A stretch of 63,225 nt of DNA, filler included, from Choristocarpus tenellus KU-1152 (GCA_964200185.2; 7 parts of 7 records of this genome joined end to end with filler, not necessarily neighbours in it); one strand, 5' to 3'; shown: positions 26,089 through 40,025, counted from the whole stretch's first letter. Notes: a model not told the origin generated them from the sequence alone. Made by a program: numbers and translations.

Positions 26089-26930
26089 GGAGATCAATCC
26101 CTCAGAAGATAACTCAGGAAAAGAGTCAACAAGCAGGAAGAGTGAGGGACGGGGGATTTGGAGCGCACTTCAAATCACCTGATCTAACTTCAAGCAGATG
26201 TTACCTTCAACATGCACAAACAACGAAAGTAATATGAATTTCATGATGCTCAAGATAGGCTAGCTTCAGGGTATACCTTCTGTGGAATGTGGCTCTCACA
26301 TAGGTTTATTTTCCTTCAATACTTCCGCCATGAAGCTCAGGAACCGGTTTGAAGTTGTCCGGAACGTACTTCGTCGTCTCCTTGATCGAACTGTAAGCCA
26401 ATCAGACTGATTTGGCATATGTGGTGCTCAAAGTACAGGCAATTTACTCAGAGTTTCCACTAAAAAAGTATTGGAAAAGTACTTTCCCACTTCAAAAAGA
26501 TAGCCGTCATCGCCACTGTGAAAACAGGTGGAAACAGCCGACAGGTTATTCGTAATGAAGGGGAGCGGGAAGACCCACAGGAGGACAGAGAGACAAGGTC
26601 AAAGAGGGAGATCAATCCCTCAGAAGTTAACTCAGGAAAAGAGTCAATAAGCAGGAAGAGTGAGGGACGGCAGAATTGGAGTGCACTCCAAATCACCCGA
26701 TCTAACTTCAAGCAGATGTTACCTTCAACATGCAAAAACAACGAAAGTCATATGAATTTCATGATGTTCAAGATAGGGAACCTTCAGGGTATACCTTCTG
26801 TGGAATTTGGCTCTCACAAAGAGATCAATTCCTATCTTACTACCACCTATGCTACACCACTGCCCTCTTGTGCCTCCAATTCAGCTTAGCCCTTCATCAC
26901 AGGGTGAGGAGCTAGGGGAGCATACCAAGA
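26089..26930 (-). mobile_element. Degenerate Copia-like RT remnant with an internal ~210-bp direct duplication (26089-26300 vs ~26607-26818)
   Basis: The duplication is directly visible. Minus-strand fragments EIHM..GNICLKL..PCLS resemble the Copia EIYM..VCKL..DPCL motifs. Confidence 0.45.
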
Positions 26931-27059
26931 ATTTAGCAAGCTCCTCCTTGCCCATCTCTATGGTGTCTCCAGCTTGAAATGCACGACACGTCTAGATAGA
27001 GCTACTTGTGTTGTGACAGACAATATTTTTGAATCTAGAACATTTACCTGCAATCTTAA

Positions 27060-27889
27060 TCTCTCCAATAGAAGAGGGCAGAAACAGTACTACATTGTTT
27101 GAAGGTCTACAGGACTTACTGGAGGGACGTTATTCAAGTATCGTGTGTGCAGAGTTACGCGAAGTATGTTACAAAAAATGCGTGCATATTTGAAGGTTTA
27201 AACATGGATTGTGCAGGTTGTTTAGGCCGAATACCTTCACGTAACATCCACGTCTCCAGATACACATCTTGCGCAACACTAACGCTTCTTGAAAGCACCA
27301 CAAGGTGCCAGAGGTTGTATTTTAAGCAGTCCTCGCGTAAGTGTGTTCGAGGGTCCTGGCGTAGCTATGTGAGTCGCATATCACTAGTAGTGGTGCTACA
27401 GATCCAGTACACATGGGTGCGCCCCCAATTGCATTCAACATGGCAATTTGAACTAAGGGGGGGACCCCATGGATCTAGGCTTTCATGTTGGGGTACTTTC
27501 GCACGCCGGATCAGGTCCATACCGAGAGAAAGGCCTTCTCCTAGATGTTACTTATGCAGAACTAAAAGCAGCTTCCCCTTTACCCCACCTATCCACCAGT
27601 GACGATGTACCTACTACTGCAGATGGGGCGGAAAAGAACACACACTACGAGGCTTGTTTTGACGTTTGGAGAAATAACCTCAACAATTTCGCAGTGGAAG
27701 GTTTTGAACGCCTCGGTAAGCCAGAAGAACGTTTTCAGGATGAGTTTGCTTCACACGGTAGGGGGGAGGGAGAGGGGCACAAGGCTAAAGCAAGAAAGGG
27801 GTTGTCAAATTCCGTTCACAACAGAAAAAAACGTTTTTATACCTCGATGCAGAGGATCAACCTCTCTACAATTGTTGGTAACACTAACA
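27060..27889 (+). mobile_element. 3' part of a degenerate RLE-type (CRE/R2-like) non-LTR retrotransposon
   Basis: MDL...LLLDVTYA...EKNTHY...FAVEGFERLG matches the restriction-like endonuclease pattern (RxD..LLDVT..KxxHY..AVExFGRLG). A MITE follows at 27890. Confidence 0.75.
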
Positions 27890-28148
27890 GAGTCAAAGTA
27901 TCTTAGAGGGTAGGGACGCGTCCATTCGGGGGCCGAAATCCAATGTTGCGATTTCCATGCAATTTTATCCGTCGTATTTGTTAGGAAGTGTCAGTATCTT
28001 TGTTCTGGACACACCATTTCATAACATACACATATTACCTACTCCGAAACATTTCGGAGTAGGAACAATATCACAAAAACCCTATGGGAAGTCAAGCCCC
28101 AAATGGACAAACAGGGCAAAACTCGTACGCTCTAAGATACTTTCACTC
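27890..28148 (+). mobile_element. MITE family A complete copy, TSD AACA
   Basis: Both TIRs present; AACA duplicated at 27886-27889 and 28149-28152. Confidence 0.92.
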
Positions 28149-28889
28149 AACAGCGGGTACCTCCTACAATAATCATGCCCAATTCATGTATGGTGCTGGT
28201 CCTCCCTCTTGTCGCTCCTTACGTCAACACTATTACGACAAAGAATACAAAAGGGGGGTGGATTCTCACCCTATTGTTGTTGAGGGGGTATATACATGTC
28301 ATGTCGAACATCCCATTTTCATCCTCAAGGACCTTAGTACCAATTGTTTTGAATAATATAGTCGTTTTACAGCCTCCCATATATAAAGACGCTTAACTGT
28401 AGATCACAAGACAGGTATGAGACCAAGATTATCCCTGTTAATTGTGTACAAAATACTACTGTGTATGCAGTTACTCACTGCTGTAAAGCTGAGTAGTAGG
28501 CAATGCTCCAGTACCTCAACACAATAGGATACCAGCTAAAACAATCTCCTTATTATCCTGGTCCCGGTTTTGGTGATATTCTCTGCTACTATGTTGCAGG
28601 TCTTCAACAAGTCTTGCTGTACTGTGATTGCCTTGTTGCAACGGACTGGGGGTATGTTATCATATATCACCCACCACATGTTGCCAACAACCTCCTATCT
28701 TGCAACCTGTCTCGCGGAGAGCAGCGAGAGAGAGCATGATTCTTTTGACATGATCTACACATACTCCAACCATACAAATATATGCATATACATGTTCAAG
28801 TACAACCGACAAAAAAACAATCTTCTAGTTTAGACCTGACTACACAAACAGGGGGTAGCGAAGTAGTACTCCAGTGATAGACAAGTTAG

Positions 28890-28923
<34 letters not shown>

Positions 28924-30036
28924 GATCTACGGGACTTGCTCACTCCCTCCTACACACGATCCCAGTCTTCTCATTTTGTGGAGTTTGCAGGATGGGAATG
29001 GTAGGATGGTTGGAGAGCTACCACCTGCTGCAAACGAGCAAAAAAATGTCTTGGCCAATAATCATCATCTGACTTGTACAGAGTACTAAGAGATGCCAAA
29101 CATCAGATGCTATGGACTGCAGCTGGTGCCTCCAACCAAATAGTCTATACCATTGGAACACATCGCTGCTGCCACCAAAATTTGGAACATCTGAACATGA
29201 CAAGCAAACACACACGCGCGCGCGCGCTCTCTCTCTCTCTCTCTCTCTCTCAAATGTTCTTCCACACACAAAATTTGAAAAAAATAACCCACCACCACCA
29301 ATCACAGTCAAACACACACAAACACAAACGACTTCCAGAATGGTAAGTCCAAGTGCATGTTTTTACTACTCAGTAACTATTGCTACAGCAGAACAAAACA
29401 TTAACATCACCTACAAAAACAATCCCACCAAGCAAATGACGGAATAACACACACACACACACACACACATGCAGAACATCAATACGACACTCACTTCTAA
29501 GCTCCTCAGATCCTCTGCCAGCAAGCACACTATGGATGAACACACAACCACACCACAGTTCCCCACCTTTGTCAACAAGCACTGCTTGCATCATCATCAA
29601 TGCAGAAACCTACATCACTCGAAATGGTGAATCTTCAATACATTTCTAGCTGCATCAGCAGCAGGAAATGTAGTGAGTGGCACACACTTCTCTTCTGCAA
29701 GGTCTTCATACACAGATGGCCAATCAGTCACAACACAGATTCCTTCAGGGAGGAGCACTTAACCCAAAGACAAAAATTACTCTCATTTCACCCCCTACAA
29801 TAGCCCACACACAATATATACAAAGATGACGCCCTCTACGCATCACCTACAAAAATACTACAGATACATTAAAACACTCCTGGAAGGGAGGGGCAAGGAG
29901 GATGGAGTCCCCCAGCAGCATCAAAAGCCAGGTGCAAAAATGGAATATTATAGTGCTGCTGTGAAACAGATTCTTAGTCCAAAAGAGGACATCTGAACCT
30001 ACACAGCACAAGACCTCAGGTCCAAGGGGGTGCCAA

Positions 30037-33000
30037 TCAAGACAACAACCATTCGGCCATGCTCTCGCCCACAGAAGGAGGAGCTGCCCTTGTCAGTGGC
30101 TCCAAACCATCACACAGCTGAGTCATGGTCCAGCGAGTTGTTGGATTAGGGTCCAGACTTCCACGGAGGATCTCCCTCATCTGCATCAACACATTTGGGC
30201 AGCGGGGAGTCATGCTGACTATTGGATGGAAAGATCTTGACCACACCAGGGTGAACTCCAACACATCACCCCCACGTAGTGTGCTGGGAGATATCAACAA
30301 TACCTATTACTACTGCCAAGTTCTACCTCAGACACAAGGAACACAAAAAAAGACAGAATCATGTCCTACATCTTTTCAAAGGCCTTTTGTTACAGGCCAT
30401 CGTGACGTGAAATATTCCCTCCAACTCTACACCCTGCACAGCCAAAACTAGGCATCCCTACCCAATGTACACTGCAATGTACTTACATTTCATTCTCAAA
30501 CCAACAAAACCACATGCTAAATTCGCACCCCTTTCCCTGCACCACCGCCATTGCATCCTGTACCTCATAGGTTCTGCCCTCCAGTTCCAAGGAGCTCACC
30601 TCCAGCGCCTCCTCAATTGCAACAGTCTGTTGGCATTACAGCAAACAACCAACAACCAACATCACATCACCAGTCACATCTACATTAGAAATATTTTTAC
30701 ACAGCATTACTGTATGCGATCCACCTAAGAGTGCCTCTGACATATCTACTGTGAACAATGGGGAATCGATCATTCAAGGGTTCATACACCAGAGCAGTCT
30801 ACTGCACCTGCAAATACGGTTCAAACTACTTGCCTGGTGCATGCTGATGCACTAATCAAATGCAGTTCCTCAATTGTGCAGAGATAGTGGAATAACACTC
30901 TCAACAAATATCACAACAAGCAGCAGCAATAGCCGTGAGAGAAGTTCCTACCATACATCAACCCACATCTTGAGGGAGGGGTGATCCATATTAACCTCTA
31001 CAGAGTCATGGCAATATGGAAGCCCACTATCATCACGGCAATTTCAGCAACTGTGAGAAGGCTCTCAAAGATGCACTGTTCACTGCCTCTTTCTAATAGT
31101 CCAAAGGATGTACAGCACATCAACTTCCAAATTACCTTATCAAAAACCAACCAATACGCCTTCCGGCACCCTCCAGCCAAAGAAAGCCTGACTTGTACTT
31201 GTACCAAACAATTGCAAATAGAGGGCACGCAATCCACCATTCCATACATTCCAGGAACAATCAATACACAGATGTGTACTACAAAACTGAATACTCTCAT
31301 CACCACAATCAAACTCACATTGCAGTCACTCCTAACCTATCAAAAGATGGATATACTCTGCAGAAAATGCACTTGCCATTTTTGGCCACGAAAAACACTG
31401 CTGTCCCAACAACACATTCAGAAGAAAGAGCCGTTCCTTGCTCCAAAATCAAATCACACCAAACACCAGTCAACTCAAGCTGCTCAAGCGCAAGACCACA
31501 CATCGCCAGACCTCAGCTTACTTCACTCACAATATCTCGGTTCTCAAAATATTTCCCTGCAAGCACCTCCAGAACACACATGCCAGTGCTGTACACATCC
31601 ACGGATGGACATGCAGCAGACCTCCCCCAAACAGTCTCCACATCATCCATCTGTGGATATTTGGCACGGACACGTCCCTGAGCCTCCATCCACTGATTCA
31701 CCTCAGGAGGCATGAAGAGGGTAGTCCCTCCAACCTCAGACCTTGAACCCACATCTTAGGGCAATGCAAACAAGGGTGAAGGAAAGGATGAAAGTATCAG
31801 TAATACTGTCCCCAGACCAACCCACCAGTAATGATTGCACTCATCCAGATTGTAGCAACATGGCAATCCTGAGAACCCGAAACAAAGCAGCATGAACCCG
31901 TATGGATGTAGTACATGTCACAAATCAATCAGTATATACTACTAGTTACCATGCCCCTAACACTAGTCCCAACTCCACCAACCATATTTCAACACAACCA
32001 ACATCCCTTTGTACTACACATGTGTAGCAGACCCGTGCAAGGTAGTACAAGTCAGTCTAAGGGAGTGGGAGTGGGATTCGGGCCATCCATCCACCTTACT
32101 CCAAAAAGAAAACCAAAACCTATCCAATCTTCCCCAACAAACCTGTAGCAAGTCCCAAATCAATAACCTTGCAGATATCATTGGAAACAATAAGATTTGC
32201 AGGTTTCATGTCGTGGTGGACTATCCCATGATCATGGATATGGACAAGGCCCATTCCTGCCTCCCTGAACCACCTGCACAGATCAACCACCACAACAATT
32301 TCATGGTGCCCACAAGATGGAAGGGTAGCAATAGAGCAGGTGAGTTGGGACATCCCTCTCCACGCAGCATTGCACTGGCTATTCCAAGTGCAATGGTTTG
32401 CGTAATGACAACAGCCAGAACCACAGACCGCCTCACAGAAGTCTACCCCTCCCCTCTGTGCCTGAGGATCGCACCTCCTATCCGCCCTCATCACCATCCT
32501 ATCCCCCCACCCAGTCGCTACTCCTCCACACACACATCTCTCCACAGGATTTTAATCTCGTCTGGATTACTGTACAAAGCAACAACAACCTAGGAATAGA
32601 CTGCCGCAAACATCTCAACATGCCTTTCATGAGATGAGGTCAAAAATATTATTGCAGGCAAGGGAGGCTGGACTTAGTGCAACAATACTCTATAAACACA
32701 ACAAGGCATTTCAGCATATACAAATATAACTAGGGAATTCATTTTTCACCTCACAAACTGGTACAGGTGGTGAGTCAAGTCCTGACTCAGAGCAGACTGG
32801 GTGTACCTCTCAGTGAGGTACCCTCGAACAGTCCCATCCCCCGCCTCCAAGACCATTGGCATGTTCACCACCTTGCCATCAAATGCAAATAGCTGCACCA
32901 CATTGACATGGGGACGCAAACTGCAACAAATTTCAGCAGCACCAGTAGGACCAATCACATGGACGGAGAGTCACATGGGTAACAAGGGATCAGGGCTATT

Positions 33001-34522
33001 GTCTTGCAAACAAGGAATCACTTTTGTCTTGATGGTATCAACTCCCCTTTCCATGGTGCAATAAGGTCACAGGGTTGTAGCTAAGGTGCAGCTTCGCTCC
33101 CATCGGTGTTCGACCTCAATCATAAGAGCTGTGCTCGCCGGACACAAGCCGTTTGATTCTGTGTCTGAGGGGTTGGAATTTGAAGCAGCCTGCTTCCCTA
33201 TTCCAAAATTTTTCTCAGCCCATTGCCCTCACTGGAGAGGAGGGGTCAGTCACAGTCGGCTACATACAAGCTAAACATTGGTTGATCAAGGGATAGCCCA
33301 AGCTCAGCCTCAATATTTACCAAGCTAGTAACTGACCTACATATTGCAGTGTCAAAATAGATGACCAAACAGTTGAAACCGCCGCAACTTCAACAGCACT
33401 GAGCCATCTAACTCTCACCGTTGGAGAAATGTGGCCTCCTCCAGCTGTCCACGGGCAGACCCCTGTTTTGTGAAAACAGGCCAAGGATGGAGTGTGTACA
33501 GTGGGCAGCTTAGTCAAAAAACAAACAGGGAAAAACATGCCACCCTGGTCTGAACTCCATACTCAGCTGGAAAGCAAAAAAACCCCCCAACATTTGGTCA
33601 TCACACCATTTAGGATCACTCGAGCACCGTAGCTTTTTGGGTTCAATGTAGACAGACACTCTCAGCCTCAACACCAACAAAACACCGCACTCTGTACCAC
33701 CCTTTCATACTACTGATACAATGATACATGGCATTCCCTCCAGTCTCAGCATACATCACTACCATAAAACTAGGCCTACGCACAAATCAGATATCTCAAA
33801 CACTCCAATGCACACAATATACACTATATACACTATATACCTGGACACAATGATACTCTTAGGTGTACAAAGTGAGAGGATCAACCGTGTCAGTGCTCAG
33901 CCAATCACAGTGAGCTCCCTCCATATTGTTAATTCTCAACAAACACCCCTCACTGGCAAGCCACAGAAGATCCCTGCATCCACAACAGCACATACAATGT
34001 TTGCCATCCACCACCATTACAGCACTCACCGCCTTGGCAACCTTCACCGCAACCTTGACCTGCCCATTTGCATCAGAATGCATAAGACCACATTGCTCCG
34101 CCACCGCAATTGCATGCCCAACACGACTGAACTTGTGTGCCCTCTTCAACACCGTCACAATTGAGACAGTGCCAGCCGCCCCCTCCCCCACCACAGTGGA
34201 GGAAACCACATTGTGTGCGTTCAAAGTGGAAAGATCACCCAAGTTGGACTGAACAAGTCCCATGAACGCGGAGAAGCAGCCAATCTCTCCAAAAAACGGA
34301 GTTGTCAATGCCTGCAAAGGTTTGAGGATGGCAAGGATGCAGAGCATATAAGATATACACATGAATGACAATACCGAGGAGGGCTCAGACCCAAAGTAGC
34401 TGGGAGGGGGGGGGGGGGGGGGGGGGGGCGGGGGCAGGGGGTCCATTTGGGACAAAAAAAGAAAAAGGGAATAAACTTATTAAACAAAAAAACAAAACCA
34501 AANNNNNNNNNNGGGGGGGGGG

Positions 34523-34583
<61 letters not shown>

Positions 34584-35990
34584 CTATGCCAGGGTATCCA
34601 TTTGGACCAAAATAAGGAAAAGTGCATTACATTATCCATCAAACGTATGCAACCAAATCACCCCAAAATCGCAACATGAAAAAATTTGCCCCAAGTGGAC
34701 AGCCGCCACCTCCCCCAGATACTTTGGGGCCTCACTTCACTTTTTTCCACCAAGTGACCAAGCCTGCTGAGCACAATACAACATTCAAGACAAGAGATAT
34801 ATACATAGACAACACCACAAGACTTTCCTCACATGGTACCCATACTGTTCTTTCCTCAAACACCAAGGCCTAGTTGGTTTGGGGAGGATATGGACATCAT
34901 AGCAATCAAGTCGCTTCAAAACACCGCTACACATGACACAAAAAATAATGTCCTGCCCTCTACACCCTCTACAAAAAACTACAGTGCCTGTGCCTCCATA
35001 AAGACACATTTCGTACACTCGTACACAAGATCACAAACTCACCATCATGCTGGCATTGTTGTACTGTGCTGTAGCTCGTACCACAGCCAACTCCGCCGCC
35101 TCCATTCCCAACTGGTGCTTAGCCCTCCACTCCCTAAATGCGCCATTCAACATAGCCTTCACCTCTATCGAGCGTTGGACCTTGGCCAGTGCAAGGTTTT
35201 GGCGGCGTCTTACTGCAACCCATCCAGACCACACCTGTCACGTCACAGACAGCCATTTCCACAAACACAACAATGAGTCAACAACAACACCAACACCAAT
35301 AACACCACCAACAACAACAAATTGAGTGCACAGGAAGGCATCCACACTTAGCACAGATCAGGAGTCAGAAAAATATGGGATACTCTTTGGTACACATCAC
35401 CACCTCCTTCCACATCAAGAAATGTTCTTCAAGGAGAAACAAAACCAGGAAACCGCTCAGCATTACTGGCCTATGCCTACATCGTCTGCATATACAGCAT
35501 CTGTATTGCCAGAGGGGAGCAAGGACCACATACCTCTACTGCACCATATAATGGACCACATCCGTATTGCCCTTGTAAGGATTACGTGTAACATAATGGA
35601 GGTTCTAGAAATACCACCAGACGGGTGATTGATTGCATCTCTAGAATGTAGCTCCACTTCTTGTCTGGAGGGTCCACTAGAACTGCCCGTAGTGGCAGAG
35701 GTTGGAGGATGAGGATTCAACGAGTTCATTGCTTCCGGCAATACATTCTGGTAGAACTAAGCATACAAAGTATTTGTTTTCAAAAGGCCAGGGAATTGAG
35801 GTTGAGACGTGTCTTCTTGCCTGGTATGCTGCAGATACCATTGCCTTTTGTTGAACTTGCACATTTTTCTGTGTCCTCCACCCAGCCAATGCACTGCCAG
35901 CACATTGTGTCCAAGTCCGTCGAATCAGAGCACGAACACGCTGGTTGCGCTTCTCACGCCGCACAACCCTAGCCCATGCCTGCCACCCAG
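30037..35990 (-). pseudogene. Multi-exon Ser/Thr protein kinase with N-terminal Trp-containing Sfi1-like repeats; probably decayed
   Basis: Exons 35043-35234, 34030-34311 (GEGAAG, VAVK), ~32749-32920 (HVNVVQL), 32143-32273 (HHDMKPAN, DLG), 31522-31754 (GTTLFMPPE, DVYSTG), 30600-30626 and ~30037-30283 (DPNPTTR). Several junctions fit in phase, but those near 33000-33240, 30283 and 35750-35800 need stops or frameshifts. Confidence 0.7.
34388..34730. mobile_element. MITE family B insertion (contains a 10-N gap) in a kinase intron, TSD CTCA
   Basis: Ends GACCCAAAGTAGCTGGG and CCCCCAGATACTTTGGGGC; CTCA at 34384-34387 and 34731-34734. Confidence 0.8.
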
Positions 35991-36048
35991 TCACAATTCG
36001 CAGTCACAATTCGCAGTCACAATTCGCAGTCACAATTCACAGTCACAA
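35988..36048. repeat. 13-bp tandem repeat CAGTCACAATTCG, about 4.7 copies
   Basis: Directly visible; no spacers. Confidence 0.92.
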
Positions 36049-37249
36049 GAACGACTCACAGTTAATACCTCCCATACAAACTTGACTTGTGGGACAGTGT
36101 TGATCATGGATGGGGAGGGGAAAAGTGAAATTCTATCTCAAACACAGCAACTGGACCACAAACAAAAGTCAATTTCTTGATTTGATTGAGAGGAGCAACG
36201 CCCACATGCTGAAGCAACAACAACCATGGGCTAAATGACGTATTCTTGCCTGCATCACTTCCCTCTGGGCAGTCAGTTTGGCCTCCTCCAGCTCTTGCTC
36301 TCTCTGATGCCAATTCACCAATTCACCCACCGAGACCTGTTGCTCACGCCGTTCAACAGAGGAGACAAGGGGTGGTACTCACCATGGTATACTTGAAGCA
36401 TTGCATCACCATAGAGGTAGGGCTTTGTCTCGAGACAAAGGATAGTATCAGTCACATAAACAAGAGCGTATGTAGAGAAGAGGTACTTCTTGTCCACCAA
36501 GGTATCATTGACAAATTTGCTTCATTGGCCTCGCCATCGGCATTACAATGCACCAATACGCAGTTTCCACAGACAGGACAGTTGATATTATTGCTCGTGT
36601 GGCACTCACTCCAACAAAAACTCCAGTGAACGCTGCCGCAACCATGTAGATCGTCCCAAACAGGACCTTAGAGAAGTCCCCAACCACCGCAAGGATCACA
36701 TATTGCTCCTGCCCACAGTAGGTCAAAACATTGGAAACCGCTCGGGGGATCACATACGTTTCACACCAAGAGTCATTGCTCATTTGAGATGCTGCTGTGG
36801 TGGAGCCTGCAGACCCGGAGACACCAGACCAGGGCAACACTTCCAACGGTTCAACATAAACGTAAAAGGCGTCTGCCTTCGCTCCCACCAGATCTGCAGC
36901 TGACCCATTCCTGAGTGAGGCAAAACGCATATTGTGAGTTGCAGCTATTGTAGAGCTTGATGCACCCAGGGAACTCAAAATAGGACGATGAATCTGGTTG
37001 AAATAATAGTTCTCAAAAAGAGGGTGGTAAAGCAACAGTTGTGCCTACAGTATGTCAACAGGGTATTCATTCCTATCTGCTTCACAAATTCAAAACCATC
37101 AATCCAAGTTACGCACCAGTGACACAACAAGCATAAAATATCTGTGTGTTGTAATCTATGTATGTCAGGTACCTTTCTTGTGACACACCGCTGTCTCCAC
37201 CATGAACAGTTGTAAGCGGGTCTCAATTCTCACCCTGGCCCTGTGGGCT

Positions 37250-39110
37250 AGACAGGACTTACATAGTTGCTAAATCCAGCACGCTATCAATAGTTTACTC
37301 TGCTGAATTTGTTGGTCTTTGCACACTTCCTGGCCCCCTCCATACTCCCCTGACTGAGACCAGATCCACACCGACTTCATGTTGGACGCCCCAAGACTTG
37401 ACCATGATCAAACATTGTAATCTACACACTAGGCCAAGTCTCGGAGCCTCTGATGTCAGCCCACCATGGGTCTGCTCTCAGTCGGGGCTGGGGAAGGGCA
37501 TGTGTGGACGGGGGGGGTAGCAGTATGCCAAGAGCAACAAATACGGGAGAGTGAACCAATGCCAGTATCCTGGATTTCACATGAACATAAGCCCTATCTA
37601 GCCCACAGGGCCAGGGCGAGAATTGAGCCCAGAACACAACTCTTCACCATGAGGCCAGTGCAGAAAAAAAAGAAGAAAATTCAAGGGCCGTGCCAATCAG
37701 GGGCTCCTACAGGGGAACAAACTGCATCACCTGCTAGCCAATGCCATCACTGGTGGTGGAGGTTAGGTAAGAACCAAGGGTCTATTCTTTACACAACCAT
37801 TCCAATTTGCAAGCACTGTCTTTTCAAGGTAGGCCTGCAGACACCTCACGTTTTCCAAGCCCTCACAGAAACGATACTGCCTCCATCCCGAATCTCTGAG
37901 CTTTCTGTGCTGCACCTCTTGCTGGAGTCATTGACTGAAAATTATTGCAATTTCGGAATCCTTGCCACAACTCTCATGATACCCTCAGCCTCCTCGCTGC
38001 CGCTGCTCCAATCCATCAACCAGTCCAAGGCCTTCCAGCAGCAGGCCCGGTGGTCGATTGTCACCTTCAGATCTGGGGACAATTTCTTAGCCCTTTGGGT
38101 GGCAGATGTTCCTCTGCCTCCAAGGAGAAATCGTTGTCCGCAAGGGGCTTGACCAATCCAATGAATGCCCTAACACTCTCCAGAAAATTCCTCCCTCGTC
38201 TCCTCAGGTAAGACACATCACGACCCCCAAACTCTGCACACGAGTGACCTTCAGAAACCCAAGTCGTTCGTTGAAGTTGAGGTATCATCAAGACGTACCT
38301 CGCAGCAAACGTATGACGCGATCCATTTCCCTCCTTGCCCTTCCTCTGGTACAAACTCTGACTTCCCTTTCCCCTTGTGTTCAGAGGGGTTCCCCCGGTC
38401 TACCTCATCTACAACACGCCTTCCGCGCAGCCGTACTGGTACTGCCTTCTTCCACTTGATTGCAGGCAGTCTACACATTAACCCCCCCTGTCGCTCTTCG
38501 TCATTAATCACCATCACACCCATAGATATCAGCAACCTTGCGCTCCTCGGTTCTTCTTTGGGCTGTCCCTCTTCACATAAATGCACCACATATACCAATC
38601 TTGTCAGTATAGGGTTCACCAATACACGGAACACAATGCCCATCGCCTTGGGCATGCGACAGTCTCATAAAAAGTGAGATACCCTAAGCATCTCCTCCAG
38701 CAGAAAGAACATATCCCCGTCACCCATGAGGTAGGTATCAATAGTACGAACAGGTCTCGTCCACGCGAATGACAACCAAGATGTTATCCGATGTGCCACA
38801 CCTTGCCGTTCGGTCATCCATAAATCCGATATCTGCACCTTGTGGTCGCGACCGAGGGCAGGGTGCGATCAGCGATAGTTGGTATCCGCAGTCCCCATTC
38901 TCCGCACCCAATATGGAAAGGCGATTGAGTAGACAATGCCAACCTCACTTTGCCGCGCAACAGGCGGATGGATCCAAATGGCGCGCACATCGGCCTTGAT
39001 GGACCTGATCACGCCCTCCTTAGGACCTTCCCGCTCAGGGATTCCGAACCTTACAAACCTGACAACCTGTGCGCTGTGACCCTTCACGACCTGGACTGCG
39101 ATCTTCAATA
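37250..39110 (-). mobile_element. Degenerate Ty3/Gypsy pol remnant
   Basis: In order: KSDRGG*CVDC (~KxDGxLRLCVDY), VRLDDT (~VYLDDI), CAEFGGRDVSYL (~KCxFxxxxVxYLG), ESVRAFIGL, KVTIDHRA..LDWLM (~TDHxALxWL). Confidence 0.7.
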
Positions 39111-40025
39111 AGCGTGCAGTGGTGATTGCCCAAGTCTATGGCAAACTCTCACCAGAGTCTCGTCCAAGTCTAAATTTGAATACCAAATTGTATTGTTATT
39201 TCAACAAACACGTTCTTTCACTTACACCTAATTAATGTACCAAATATATATATATATATATATATATATGAATATGTTGGCACATTTACCATATTATATC
39301 ATAGTTTTGTTTAGTTTTTCATCAATACATTTCACACAACTACCAACACAAATCCCACCTCTACTTTCAATACACTAATAGAGTCGGTGGTATATATAGT
39401 ACTAGTGAACTTAAAAACAAGAAACCATGCATACATTTTACTTCAACACAAGAAACCAGGAAACAGCAACCAACTGTACACACAACAGCATGTTTTGCAA
39501 TAATAGAGCTTGTGCCATACATTCGGGACAACAGAGGTAGTAAAGCTCCTATTCCACAAACACTACCCATGCATGCTCCAAGTAAGTGCCAATGGCTTTT
39601 TGGATGGAAATACTGCAACCATACATGGTGTGAACTTGTTTGCACTGGGATTATTGGGAATCATGAGCAATAAGAGCAAATATCTACCTTATTGCCTTCC
39701 ATGGCTCAGTACATTTTCCGGAGTACCAACAGGAGGGAAAAGAGAATCCAATCCCATAAGAAGAGAGGATCTTATAGCACCAGCCAGCCCCCCACCCAAA
39801 AAATGACCCTTTCACATTATTGTTTACACAATTCAATGCAGTGAATGCAGTTTGTGCGCCCATTGTGTACAAATATAATAAAGTACGTATCAAACAACCC
39901 TAATATTGAGTCTACACCATCATCATCACCACTTACTTACTTGTGGCACCACATCATCGTCAATACTTCTCATACTCCCCAATGAAAATTAAGAACCACG
40001 AATGCATCATGGGCGAGTTTCAGGA

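Noticed and set aside
30981-31715. 244-aa plus-strand ORF (and 32009..32593)
   Set aside because: Antisense to kinase exons and introns, compositionally biased, no motifs.
34365-34770. Poly-Gly and poly-Pro ORFs
   Set aside because: Translations of MITE G-tracts spanning an N gap.
35988-36048. CRISPR-like array
   Set aside because: Head-to-tail 13-mers with no spacers, in a eukaryotic context.
37466-38152. 228-aa plus-strand ORF
   Set aside because: Antisense to the decayed Gypsy RNaseH region.
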